DNA of 63,346 nucleotides from a virus (lineage: Duplodnaviria; Caudoviricetes). The translations under genes were made by a program, and so were the position numbers. The notes under the pieces were generated by a model, which was given only the letters and a program-made list of their open reading frames with translations, had not been told where the DNA came from and did not search any database. Below are positions 10,518 to 19,442 of this stretch, in pieces; the stretch's first letter is position 1, and every line of letters begins with the position of its first letter. The stretch covers positions 1 through 63,346 of the IMG/VR virus record IMGVR_UViG_3300033153_008411; one strand, 5' to 3'.

Positions 10518-11323
10518 AAAACCAACATACCGAAAACGTTATCGTAAGTCAGATCTGTTGGATCTTGGCATTGTGGGCATATTGCTTTTTTAGTAATTTT
10601 ATAATCGCTTAGATGTTCAGCGAATTCTTTACCTATTTTTTCCATTACTTTTGGTTCCATATCATCCATAACCGCTCGTAATTCTTCTATATTAAAATCA
10701 ATGATCGGTTCACCTTCAATTGGAATTACTTCTTTGATACAAGCCAGAAGCATTTCATAATTAAATTTTGAAACAGATATTTTACCTTCTTCGTGTAAGT
10801 ACAATTTCTCTAATCCTTGTTGTATTGGATAAGAACATTCTTCAATTACAAATGTAAATTTATCTGTAACAATCGGTTCTTTATTAAATTCTTGAATCTC
10901 TATGTCTTGATCTATATCGATAACTGTTTCAAATGGTACACTTCCCATCCCTAGAATATTTGTTCTTGCTACTGTTGCTTCGTCGTGCTTAACGAACGTT
11001 GGACAATCAGGATTTGTGCACATAAATGTCATCTCAATTTCACCACCTTTTGACATCTTTCTTATCTGAGAAATTAAATGTAATAAAGTATTTCTCGGTA
11101 ATGTATTGAACAACTCGATATCGTCAACACATTTTCTGGCTAAATCGATACAATGAGTTATGACTGAATCTTCATCATTATCAGCACTCGTTTCAATTGC
11201 GTACAATAAAGCATTCTCTTGTTTTACTTTCCATCCGGTTATCCCAATTGATCTACCGTCTAGGAGTTTCGTTTTTTGATGTACTACATCACTTTGATCT
11301 ATATATTTGCTTAAATCGCTCAT
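10514..11323 (-). CDS. Baseplate hub assembly chaperone (gp26/gp51-like)
   Basis: WKVKQENALL, QIRKMSKGGEIEMTFMC and C-terminal CPQC motifs. Confidence 0.75.
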   Translation of the reverse strand: MSDLSKYIDQSDVVHQKTKLLDGRSIGITGWKVKQENALLYAIETSADNDEDSVITHCIDLARKCVDDIELFNTLPRNTLLHLISQIRKMSKGGEIEMTFMCTNPDCPTFVKHDEATVARTNILGMGSVPFETVIDIDQDIEIQEFNKEPIVTDKFTFVIEECSYPIQQGLEKLYLHEEGKISVSKFNYEMLLACIKEVIPIEGEPIIDFNIEELRAVMDDMEPKVMEKIGKEFAEHLSDYKITKKAICPQCQDPTDLTYDNVFGMLVF

Positions 11324-11338
11324 TTTTTCCTTTGTTTA

Positions 11339-11917
11339 TTAAATTAATCTTAGCGTATGAAATCTGTAACTGAATGTAACTGCGATTTCAACTAAACTAT
11401 TTTCTTGCTCTATATTATAATTTATGTTTTGTAAATTTGTTGGATATACGTCATCAAATACATCACATTTCGAATTATTTGCTTGACCATCTTGACCAAT
11501 GTGATATACTGCAAATTTACCAACTACATCATCGTACAGGTACCGTTGCATATACATATTGTCATCTTTGTCGGTGTAGATAGCATTTATCCAAGAATAA
11601 AAATAATTTTTTATGTCTAAATTATTCGATTCAAAGAATGTTATGGTCAGTGTACTTGGTTTTTTTCTACCTGATATTCCTTTTCTAAGAAAAGCTGTTT
11701 GTTGTTCTTCTAATCCGATCTCTGGAAGAGCTACATTTTTAACATTAACTGACATACTATTATCGAAAAATCCACTCGGTATACCACCGTCTGTTAAAAC
11801 TTTAGGTTCTCGAACAAAAGATACGTGAAATCTACTCGGTCTAGCAAATCCCGGACCATCAGACCTACCAAAACTCTTCTTCGAAAAATGATCAATAGAT
11901 GAAAAATTTATATCCAT
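11339..11917 (-). CDS. Tail-tube-fold protein (gp54/gp19-like)
   Basis: GFARPSRFHV, LTITFFE...FYSWINAI, DVYPTNL...VTFSYR. Confidence 0.7.
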   Translation of the reverse strand: MDINFSSIDHFSKKSFGRSDGPGFARPSRFHVSFVREPKVLTDGGIPSGFFDNSMSVNVKNVALPEIGLEEQQTAFLRKGISGRKKPSTLTITFFESNNLDIKNYFYSWINAIYTDKDDNMYMQRYLYDDVVGKFAVYHIGQDGQANNSKCDVFDDVYPTNLQNINYNIEQENSLVEIAVTFSYRFHTLRLI

Positions 11918-11929
11918 ATTTTATCTCTT

Positions 11930-12577
11930 TTATAACTGTCCACTCGATATGCCAAATTGAACAGCCGAGTAATTAGATGAATGTGATGGTTCAAAATTTG
12001 TGTATTCGGCGTAAGAAAAAGCTAATGTAATTGAAAACATTGTTAAAGAATTTTCTGTATTATGACTAAATTGCATTTCTCCTACAATCCGTGGAAATAC
12101 TTTGTACATTGTAACTCTGTTTCTTCTATCGTGATTTCCATCTAATGCGTACACTGTTACTGTTCCCATTTCTGCATAAGTTAATGGATTAGCATAATCA
12201 ACTGTTTTGCTGATAGATCCACCTGTATTAGTTCCATTTTTAGAATCACTACCGTAATACGCTCGTTGCCATGCATCAAAAAATGATCGTGTTCTACCTT
12301 CGACATCAGCGTAAACAGATATTGTTAAATCAGCCGGATTTTGAACATCACCCGGAATAATAAGTTTTCTACCCATCCTATTGATTGTAACAGCACCAAT
12401 TATTGTCGATGGAAAAGAAACTGAAACAATTAAATTACTAGTTAGATTCATTATAGTAGAATCATTATCAGAATTTTTTCCGTTGGTATCAATTAAGACT
12501 TCAAATAAATTTGGCCTTTGAAGATCTTGCATCAATGAATGTTTTAGTACATCTACCGCGTGTCTTTTAACTGTCAT
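11930..12577 (-). CDS. Tail tube protein (gp19-like)
   Basis: RPNLFEV, MGRKLIIPGD, RSFFDAW, VFPRIVGEMQFS...FSITLAF. Confidence 0.75.
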   Translation of the reverse strand: MTVKRHAVDVLKHSLMQDLQRPNLFEVLIDTNGKNSDNDSTIMNLTSNLIVSVSFPSTIIGAVTINRMGRKLIIPGDVQNPADLTISVYADVEGRTRSFFDAWQRAYYGSDSKNGTNTGGSISKTVDYANPLTYAEMGTVTVYALDGNHDRRNRVTMYKVFPRIVGEMQFSHNTENSLTMFSITLAFSYAEYTNFEPSHSSNYSAVQFGISSGQL

Positions 12578-12580
12578 TGT

Positions 12581-13399
12581 TTAATTCCTTCCAAATTTAG
12601 TAATATAAGCATCAGAAACTCGATCCCATTCAACATTTCCAGTATTAGCGTTAGTCGGCAATCCTATTATTTGCTCAACTGGTACTTTCAATCCAGCTGG
12701 TCCTGTTTCACTTTCACTTGTAACACCAGAATTTCCTTTCGTTCTTTCATAACCGACATCAGTTTTATTGATTGCTGAGTCCATAGATGATTCATTCGAC
12801 AATTTTTGAGACTGACTATCAATTGTATATTTTCTTTCCCATCGTGCGTAATGGAAAATACAATCAAATTCTTCTATTGTGTTTTGCTGTCCATGATCTA
12901 AAGCAATATTTGATAAGCTTAATGGTACAGCATCATGATAAACATAAGTTGCTACTGGTGCCGGTGCGCCCCTTACTAAACCATTTCCGTATTGTGTAAT
13001 CTCAACAGAAGCTCCAAATCTGTAATTTCTTAATCTTGCACGTCTATTTCGTGAATCATAATTTACTGTTGCTCTGATCCAATCCTCAAAAAGTGCTCTT
13101 GCTTCCCATGTTTCATCGTTGTAAAAACCAATTGATAATGGTTCTCTTTTATAATCTCCAGCTAATTGAACATGTGTACCCCTGTAATTAAACACCGGGC
13201 CAACTACATCAAATTGAGGTATACTGGATTTATTTGCGTAAAATTTTATCCTTCTTTCTTGCAAGATAGATCTATCGTTTACACCACGCCAAATATTACC
13301 TATAATTTCTACGGTAAATCTGTTTGGTCTAGCGATATTTTTTACTGCGTGTTTGAATTCTTTTAAAGAATAATCTTTTAAAGCCATATTAACCACCAA
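12581..13399 (-). CDS. Tail-tube-fold protein (gp19/gp54-like)
   Basis: ARPNRFTV, QLAGDYKREPLSIGFYND...RALFEDWI, VPLSLSNIALD...IEEFDCIFHY. Confidence 0.75.
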   Translation of the reverse strand: MVVNMALKDYSLKEFKHAVKNIARPNRFTVEIIGNIWRGVNDRSILQERRIKFYANKSSIPQFDVVGPVFNYRGTHVQLAGDYKREPLSIGFYNDETWEARALFEDWIRATVNYDSRNRRARLRNYRFGASVEITQYGNGLVRGAPAPVATYVYHDAVPLSLSNIALDHGQQNTIEEFDCIFHYARWERKYTIDSQSQKLSNESSMDSAINKTDVGYERTKGNSGVTSESETGPAGLKVPVEQIIGLPTNANTGNVEWDRVSDAYITKFGRN

Positions 13400-14897
13400 T
13401 TAAAATAATAAATTTTTCATCTGAAGCAAGATATTTTCTGTACACTGGTATGCTTCTTGAATAATAAAGAATTGTACCCATATCATATTGATGTTTCGTT
13501 TCATTGAACATATCGGCGTGTGTTACGTCATCAGCTGTTAGTAATGCTTCGGCTGAATCTAATGGATTCACACAAACAAAACTTTCTCGGTATACTTCTT
13601 CTGTTAAATCACCACCCACTCCACCTGTTATATCTATATCTATAAGAACGTATTCAAAGTGGTTATTTTTAGCATCGTATACATCCGTTGTAACCGCATA
13701 CTCGATTGCAGATTCACCATCATCAGCAATAGTACATGTCACTATCTCACCAGATGAAACGCTCGGAATAGCTAACAAATACGCTCGATCATCTGCATCA
13801 ACAATTCTTCTGGCGAATTTCATACTAGCTGTCGGTACTTTTTTTAGACCTAGGACTTGCATTATACTTGATTGATAAGCCGAAGTCTTAAGTAAATCTA
13901 ACGGCATTCCCGGTGGAAATATATCACTGGCGTCTGATCCATCGGAAAATCTTTCATAAAAAATTGATAATTTATCTGAAGGCCCAACTGATTGAACAAC
14001 TAATCTTCCACTGTTCGGAACAACTTCACCTACCACCGGATAATTAAAAATCATACTTATTTCGTCTAGTGCGTTTATAACAGCATCATAAGATAATCCT
14101 GTTTGTAAGATAACACCATCGGCATCAGTAATAAAAAACGTTGCATTAGTTAATGAATTGTCTTCAATGTATCCAGCACCATCTGTAATAAATTCTGGTT
14201 TAACACCACTTACATAAACTTCACCGTACACGGTAACATTTCTGAACAAATCACCAATTATTGAACTATCGAAAGCTGTACTTGGTTCTGTTGCACTCAC
14301 TTCAGTAGAATACATCAATTGCACTGGTTCACGAATAGCTGGTTTTGTGACTGTATCAAATTCTTCTATTTGTGTTCTCGAATCTAAATGTTTACAAAAA
14401 TTAAATATATAATATTCGTAATCAGCTATGTTGTAAGTGATTAGTGTATTCTCCATAAAGTCAGAATTTAGACCTTGAATCATACCCCAATGTTCATTCA
14501 TATAAAGCAAACTTAAATTACCGATTCCATTTTTACCTTCAGTAATGAATGTATAACTAGAAATTTGATCTTTGGTTGTACTAGTTTTATCGATGTACGC
14601 TATATAAACAACTTCGTCACCAGTATTATTTCCGCCTGATATGATAATGTCCGTGTTTTTATCGTAAAATTTATCATCGTCTAATCTAGGAGAAACTGCT
14701 TTGGATGTAACATCACCAATTACAGAAGTTGCCCACGTTCTTGTGTGAGTAATTTTTGCGTGTGTACCGAAACCCCAAAGTGGTTCACTTCGGCCTAAAC
14801 CTAAATAAACATTTGCGTAATTTTGTATCCAATCGAAAAACAACGATGTTTGAAATTGCGTTGTAGTTCCGACCATAAAAGTTTGAACTTTTGTCAT
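13389..14897 (-). CDS. Baseplate wedge protein gp8-like
   Basis: N-terminal VYLGLGRSEPLW and C-terminal GTILYYSRSIPVYR..DEKFIILI match gp8 termini. Confidence 0.65.
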   Translation of the reverse strand: MTKVQTFMVGTTTQFQTSLFFDWIQNYANVYLGLGRSEPLWGFGTHAKITHTRTWATSVIGDVTSKAVSPRLDDDKFYDKNTDIIISGGNNTGDEVVYIAYIDKTSTTKDQISSYTFITEGKNGIGNLSLLYMNEHWGMIQGLNSDFMENTLITYNIADYEYYIFNFCKHLDSRTQIEEFDTVTKPAIREPVQLMYSTEVSATEPSTAFDSSIIGDLFRNVTVYGEVYVSGVKPEFITDGAGYIEDNSLTNATFFITDADGVILQTGLSYDAVINALDEISMIFNYPVVGEVVPNSGRLVVQSVGPSDKLSIFYERFSDGSDASDIFPPGMPLDLLKTSAYQSSIMQVLGLKKVPTASMKFARRIVDADDRAYLLAIPSVSSGEIVTCTIADDGESAIEYAVTTDVYDAKNNHFEYVLIDIDITGGVGGDLTEEVYRESFVCVNPLDSAEALLTADDVTHADMFNETKHQYDMGTILYYSRSIPVYRKYLASDEKFIILIGG

Positions 14898-14905
14898 TTT
14901 TTTCC

Positions 14906-17900
14906 TTAACTATTTAATCCTGTTAAAACGTCTGTCATTACTAAATTATGTGCTGTTTCATCTATTCTTTCCCAATCCAATTCTAAATCGATATCGTATA
15001 ATATCGCACCCTCAGCTAAAAATTCTAAAGTATTATCATAATTTCTAGAAATTGCCACATAAGTTAAACCTGATTGTGGTTTAACAGTCCAAGTGTAATC
15101 CTCAAATGTTGGATGATTATATTGAACAGAAATTTTATTAGTCCAATTGTCATACGTCAATTCATCTAAACCGACCGATCCGAATGCAACATTTGTACTT
15201 GTATAAATTGAACAATCAACATACATTGGCCAAGTTGGTGTTGCACTTGATTCATATAATAATTGTGTACCATTATTAGCATAATATCGAACTGTATCAT
15301 TTATTACTTCAATTACAAATAGATTATCACCAAAGAAACCAGTGAACACAACCGTAGCTTTTACATCACCATTTTCGTATACATCAACAGTGTTATTATC
15401 TTCATTGAAATACAAAGCAAAATCAATACCCGTATAATTATTATCTGGATTTGTATTTGTAAATCCGATTGCTCTACGACAAGTTGTTTCTGATACACTT
15501 ATTTCTAACCTATAATCACTAGATGCATACGTTGTATCTGAAGTTGCACCAGCATCCCATGTATCTGGTGTTCCACCTGATTTGTGAAGTGCTGTACCAC
15601 TAGAATTTGTTGTATTAGCATTAGGTGATGTTGTTGTATCCCATGTAAAACTTTGATCCGCTGAATCAAATGTCCACCATGCACCTTCAGCAATATGATC
15701 ATCAGCCGGATCTATTAACCAATGATAGCCCGGTTCGTACCAATAATATTTTTCAGATTTTATATAATCATCGGGATCATAAAATTTAATAATCATATCT
15801 GTTGCATCATCACTTGAATCATAATATTCAATTGCTCCAATTTTGGTTCCTATGATATCTGATGCATCGTCGTATTCGTATATATAATGCCCTGATTTCC
15901 AAACTGGTGCATTGCCAACTTGTGTATAAGTATATTGTTTGAATGTTCCACCTTCTTCAAGTGTATCAAATAAAGCACTCAAGCTTAAAGTATTCGTGAA
16001 ATTTGTATCTGAATCAACTGGCAATTCTATTGTACTATCTTTTGTAGTATATTTAATCCTGAATTCCATCCAATCTTCGTAATCTTTTATATCGATGTAC
16101 CCTAAAATAAACATATAAGAATACCCGTACCATAAATTCACATCAGCTGATACAATACCAGGATAATACCAAGTGATAACTTTCTTAACGTCTGGTGTTC
16201 CGTAATTAAAATGAACAGCCGGATTGTCTAAAGCATTAATAATATCGTCACCATCTGGATCGACTGTAATATAATTTGTGCTGTAATCATAATCTTTAAT
16301 GAGTAACGGCGGAACATCAACACTCGAAATTTCACAAATAGTAGAACCATCAGATTCAAGTAAAAGTATTTCACCTATCGTTGTTAAATCGGGTATAGTT
16401 GATATGTCAAAATCACATTGAATGTCAACATAACTAGGGTAATTAGCATTTATAGTTAATCCCGGTGAATTCGTCGTCGTATCAATATCATAATCTGTGG
16501 TACCCATTGCGCCTGTTATGTGGTATTCTTCGTTGTAAAGAACTACACCACCGATTGAAAATGTAGTTGTTAAAAAACTAGTTGAAGTATGATATACTAA
16601 ATTTTTATAAAAAGATCCTGTCCAAGTATCTTCGACTCCAAAAGTTGTATCACCAACTGTCCAAACATAAGTGCTGTCGATATGGAAGATAACTCCTAAA
16701 GTTGTTTGATCTTCAACATTTTCTTCAAAACGAGTTGCATTTAACGCAACCCCTAAAGCAAACGCTCTAGTATAAGGCATAACCCACCTATCAAAAAACC
16801 TTGTTGCATTTCGAACAACTAATATATCATCTAAATCGTTATCATCGACAAAATTATCAAAATCAGAAATTTTCCAATCGTACAGATCTGTTTGTGCGTA
16901 TTGTAATTTATGGATTGTGTGTGTACCTATTCCTTCATCTCTGATTTCTATTGAATCACCGCCTTCTAAAGCTGATAACCTAAAATATGTTCCGGCTGAA
17001 TCCACTACATAATAAGTTGTATTATTTTCTAATCCGAGCGGTAAAGTATCACTTGTATCAATATGTACATTTGTATCATCTAAAATTGTCGGTGTTGTCA
17101 GTGTGAATATACTACCAGATAATAAGGCAGAAATTTTATAATTATTATTTTCATCGTCGTAACAAGTTAACACACCCGACCCAATATCTGTAATAGTTAC
17201 GGCATCACCGTCAATTTCTGGTGATACTTGAAAAGTATTAGATGAAGTATTAACTACGTAGTACGTTACGCCTGTTTCTAATCCAGCTGGTATTGCTATT
17301 GTCGATTCAAAAATAACTGGTGTTTCGTCGGCTATTGTTCTTGGTGTAAAAGTCAAATAATCATTTGTTACATTAACTGTAAATTCACTTAATTCTACAC
17401 CCATAAATGTATAATCTGGTAATCTTCTGTACTTCTCTTGCCATGAAATCGGATGTAATAAATCTTTTAAAATTCCGTTCCAATGTTCTGTTTCGATGTT
17501 TGTTACTATATGATAAACAAAAGGATCGTTGATATCCGCCTGTACATCTATAAAATTCCGATTTATTGTTTGGCCGTAAATCTTCATCAATGATTCAATT
17601 TGCGTTTTAGTTCCTGATGAAATTGCAATTTCGAATGCATTAGTATAAATAAATCTTTCTATATCATTGAACTCAGAAGCCGGTAAAACATTCAATTCAG
17701 TAATTTTTTCTAGGTACCCGGTCAACCCATCAAGATATTGACCTTGAAATTTCTCTTTGAATAATGTCTGAATATCAAAATCAATTACAACTGTTTTATC
17801 TTTTTCGTATACTTTAGTATCAGGATCAAATGCAGTTGGATTATAAGAAAAATTTAAATTATCTCCAAGATTTGACATCATCCAATCGACATCTAATAAT

Positions 17901-18289
17901 TTATTTGTTTCATTCAGATTAGTATTAAACATATCTAAATGATTTTTACCTAAATTTTCCGAGACTTGTTCGTTATAAGTCTCTTCTGTTTCAGTGATAA
18001 ACTTTAATGTAACGGGCGTAATTGGACTTGACAAATAATCTAGAATACTAGCTGTAAAAGTCAGCTCATAAATTGTTTCTGGACTTAATATTGCAGTAGG
18101 CGTAACTACAATCGTAGTAGTTGGTGAATTAGAAATTGTATAATCAACCGGACTACCGTCTGTTTCAAAAATAATATTTTGTTTGTTTACACTTGAACCT
18201 AAAAGAACAGCATCAAAAACGGCTGTTAAGACTGAATTTGTTGCAATCCTTGTATTAAGTGCTGGTGTTATTGTGCTTAAAGCTGTCAT
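14906..18289 (-). CDS. Large baseplate/structural protein (gp7 position) with Ig-like, repeat and SPRY/ConA-like domains
   Basis: N-terminal Big_5-like Ig domain (IVVTPTAILSPETIYELTF); two P.GLE..TYYVV repeats; C-terminal beta-domain. Confidence 0.6.
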   Translation of the reverse strand: MTALSTITPALNTRIATNSVLTAVFDAVLLGSSVNKQNIIFETDGSPVDYTISNSPTTTIVVTPTAILSPETIYELTFTASILDYLSSPITPVTLKFITETEETYNEQVSENLGKNHLDMFNTNLNETNKLLDVDWMMSNLGDNLNFSYNPTAFDPDTKVYEKDKTVVIDFDIQTLFKEKFQGQYLDGLTGYLEKITELNVLPASEFNDIERFIYTNAFEIAISSGTKTQIESLMKIYGQTINRNFIDVQADINDPFVYHIVTNIETEHWNGILKDLLHPISWQEKYRRLPDYTFMGVELSEFTVNVTNDYLTFTPRTIADETPVIFESTIAIPAGLETGVTYYVVNTSSNTFQVSPEIDGDAVTITDIGSGVLTCYDDENNNYKISALLSGSIFTLTTPTILDDTNVHIDTSDTLPLGLENNTTYYVVDSAGTYFRLSALEGGDSIEIRDEGIGTHTIHKLQYAQTDLYDWKISDFDNFVDDNDLDDILVVRNATRFFDRWVMPYTRAFALGVALNATRFEENVEDQTTLGVIFHIDSTYVWTVGDTTFGVEDTWTGSFYKNLVYHTSTSFLTTTFSIGGVVLYNEEYHITGAMGTTDYDIDTTTNSPGLTINANYPSYVDIQCDFDISTIPDLTTIGEILLLESDGSTICEISSVDVPPLLIKDYDYSTNYITVDPDGDDIINALDNPAVHFNYGTPDVKKVITWYYPGIVSADVNLWYGYSYMFILGYIDIKDYEDWMEFRIKYTTKDSTIELPVDSDTNFTNTLSLSALFDTLEEGGTFKQYTYTQVGNAPVWKSGHYIYEYDDASDIIGTKIGAIEYYDSSDDATDMIIKFYDPDDYIKSEKYYWYEPGYHWLIDPADDHIAEGAWWTFDSADQSFTWDTTTSPNANTTNSSGTALHKSGGTPDTWDAGATSDTTYASSDYRLEISVSETTCRRAIGFTNTNPDNNYTGIDFALYFNEDNNTVDVYENGDVKATVVFTGFFGDNLFVIEVINDTVRYYANNGTQLLYESSATPTWPMYVDCSIYTSTNVAFGSVGLDELTYDNWTNKISVQYNHPTFEDYTWTVKPQSGLTYVAISRNYDNTLEFLAEGAILYDIDLELDWERIDETAHNLVMTDVLTGLNS

Positions 18290-18290
18290 A

Positions 18291-19442
18291 TTAAGTTGTC
18301 GTTACGTCTTTAATGAATTCTAATTGAAAATTATCATAATTCAAGATCAGTTTAGGAATATAAGTTCCAGCGTGTTGATACGTATTTGATACTTGTGTTA
18401 ACGGATTTAATGTTTGTGTATGCATCATTAACTGTGATACATCGGCTGTTGTATCATTTTCAGTGAAGCTTATTCGCATACCTGATACACCGTTTGTAAT
18501 TGTTACTACTCCAGCTGATGAACTTGCAACTATATTTGTGCCTGTTAATTCGGCGGCTGTTTTAGTGGCTAATTCTGTTAATGTATCAGCTGCGACAACA
18601 TCAACTTGTATACCTGTTTTACCGGATAATGCTGGATCGTCTTGTGTAAATCCACCGTCTGTTACATTATACCAAACGTATGAATCGTCACTGAGTTGAT
18701 TGTACTGAAATTCGAAATAAAGTGCCGTTCCATCGATATCAAAATCAGATCCAAGTTGTGTCGTGAATGTTATTGTACTGATTTGTTCATCCCAATCCCA
18801 AACATAAATTGTGGCATCCAGCGGAACATCTGTTGCTGTTAATTGTACTAATTTCCCGGCTACACCTTTGGCGATTGCTAAAGAAGTATAATCACTATCT
18901 AAAAATAATTTCATATCTTTTTCTTCTTTCTTCTCTAGCATTTCCAAAAAGATTCTAGTGAAGCTCGGTAGCCAAGGATAATTATCAATTTCAGTATCAC
19001 TATAAAAACCGGTTATATTATGGCTTAAAAATTCTGTATTCTGAAATTCAATGTCTGATCGGATATTTAGAGTAGTCAATATAAAAGTTGTTAATCCATC
19101 AATGTATATTCTAACAAAACTAGCATCAATATCATCTGATGAATAATCAGCTTCTACACTTTTAGTCACGTCATCCGGTGAAAATATATCTGATAATGTC
19201 CACCAAGAAATATCATCAATTGAGTATTCGATTTTCATTGATGTACACGAACCTGTATAAGTCAAATCTAAAGAATCAATATTTGTTAGTTCGTATAGAT
19301 TAATTTTTAACCAAGCTGGTCCACTTCCGGGTGTCCAACTAACTGTAGGTTTAGCAGTATTGAAAGTTACTAATGCTGTCGGTGACGATTCAGCCGAAAC
19401 AGTAATTGTATTTTTCTTGTATGTTACTAGATCTATAATCAT
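18291..19442 (-). CDS. Structural protein with a discoidin-like N-terminus and a PKD-like C-terminus
   Basis: WLKINL...MKIEYSIDDISWWT...SFVRIYI; YVWDWD...NTYQHAGTYIPKL. Confidence 0.55.
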   Translation of the reverse strand: MIIDLVTYKKNTITVSAESSPTALVTFNTAKPTVSWTPGSGPAWLKINLYELTNIDSLDLTYTGSCTSMKIEYSIDDISWWTLSDIFSPDDVTKSVEADYSSDDIDASFVRIYIDGLTTFILTTLNIRSDIEFQNTEFLSHNITGFYSDTEIDNYPWLPSFTRIFLEMLEKKEEKDMKLFLDSDYTSLAIAKGVAGKLVQLTATDVPLDATIYVWDWDEQISTITFTTQLGSDFDIDGTALYFEFQYNQLSDDSYVWYNVTDGGFTQDDPALSGKTGIQVDVVAADTLTELATKTAAELTGTNIVASSSAGVVTITNGVSGMRISFTENDTTADVSQLMMHTQTLNPLTQVSNTYQHAGTYIPKLILNYDNFQLEFIKDVTTT

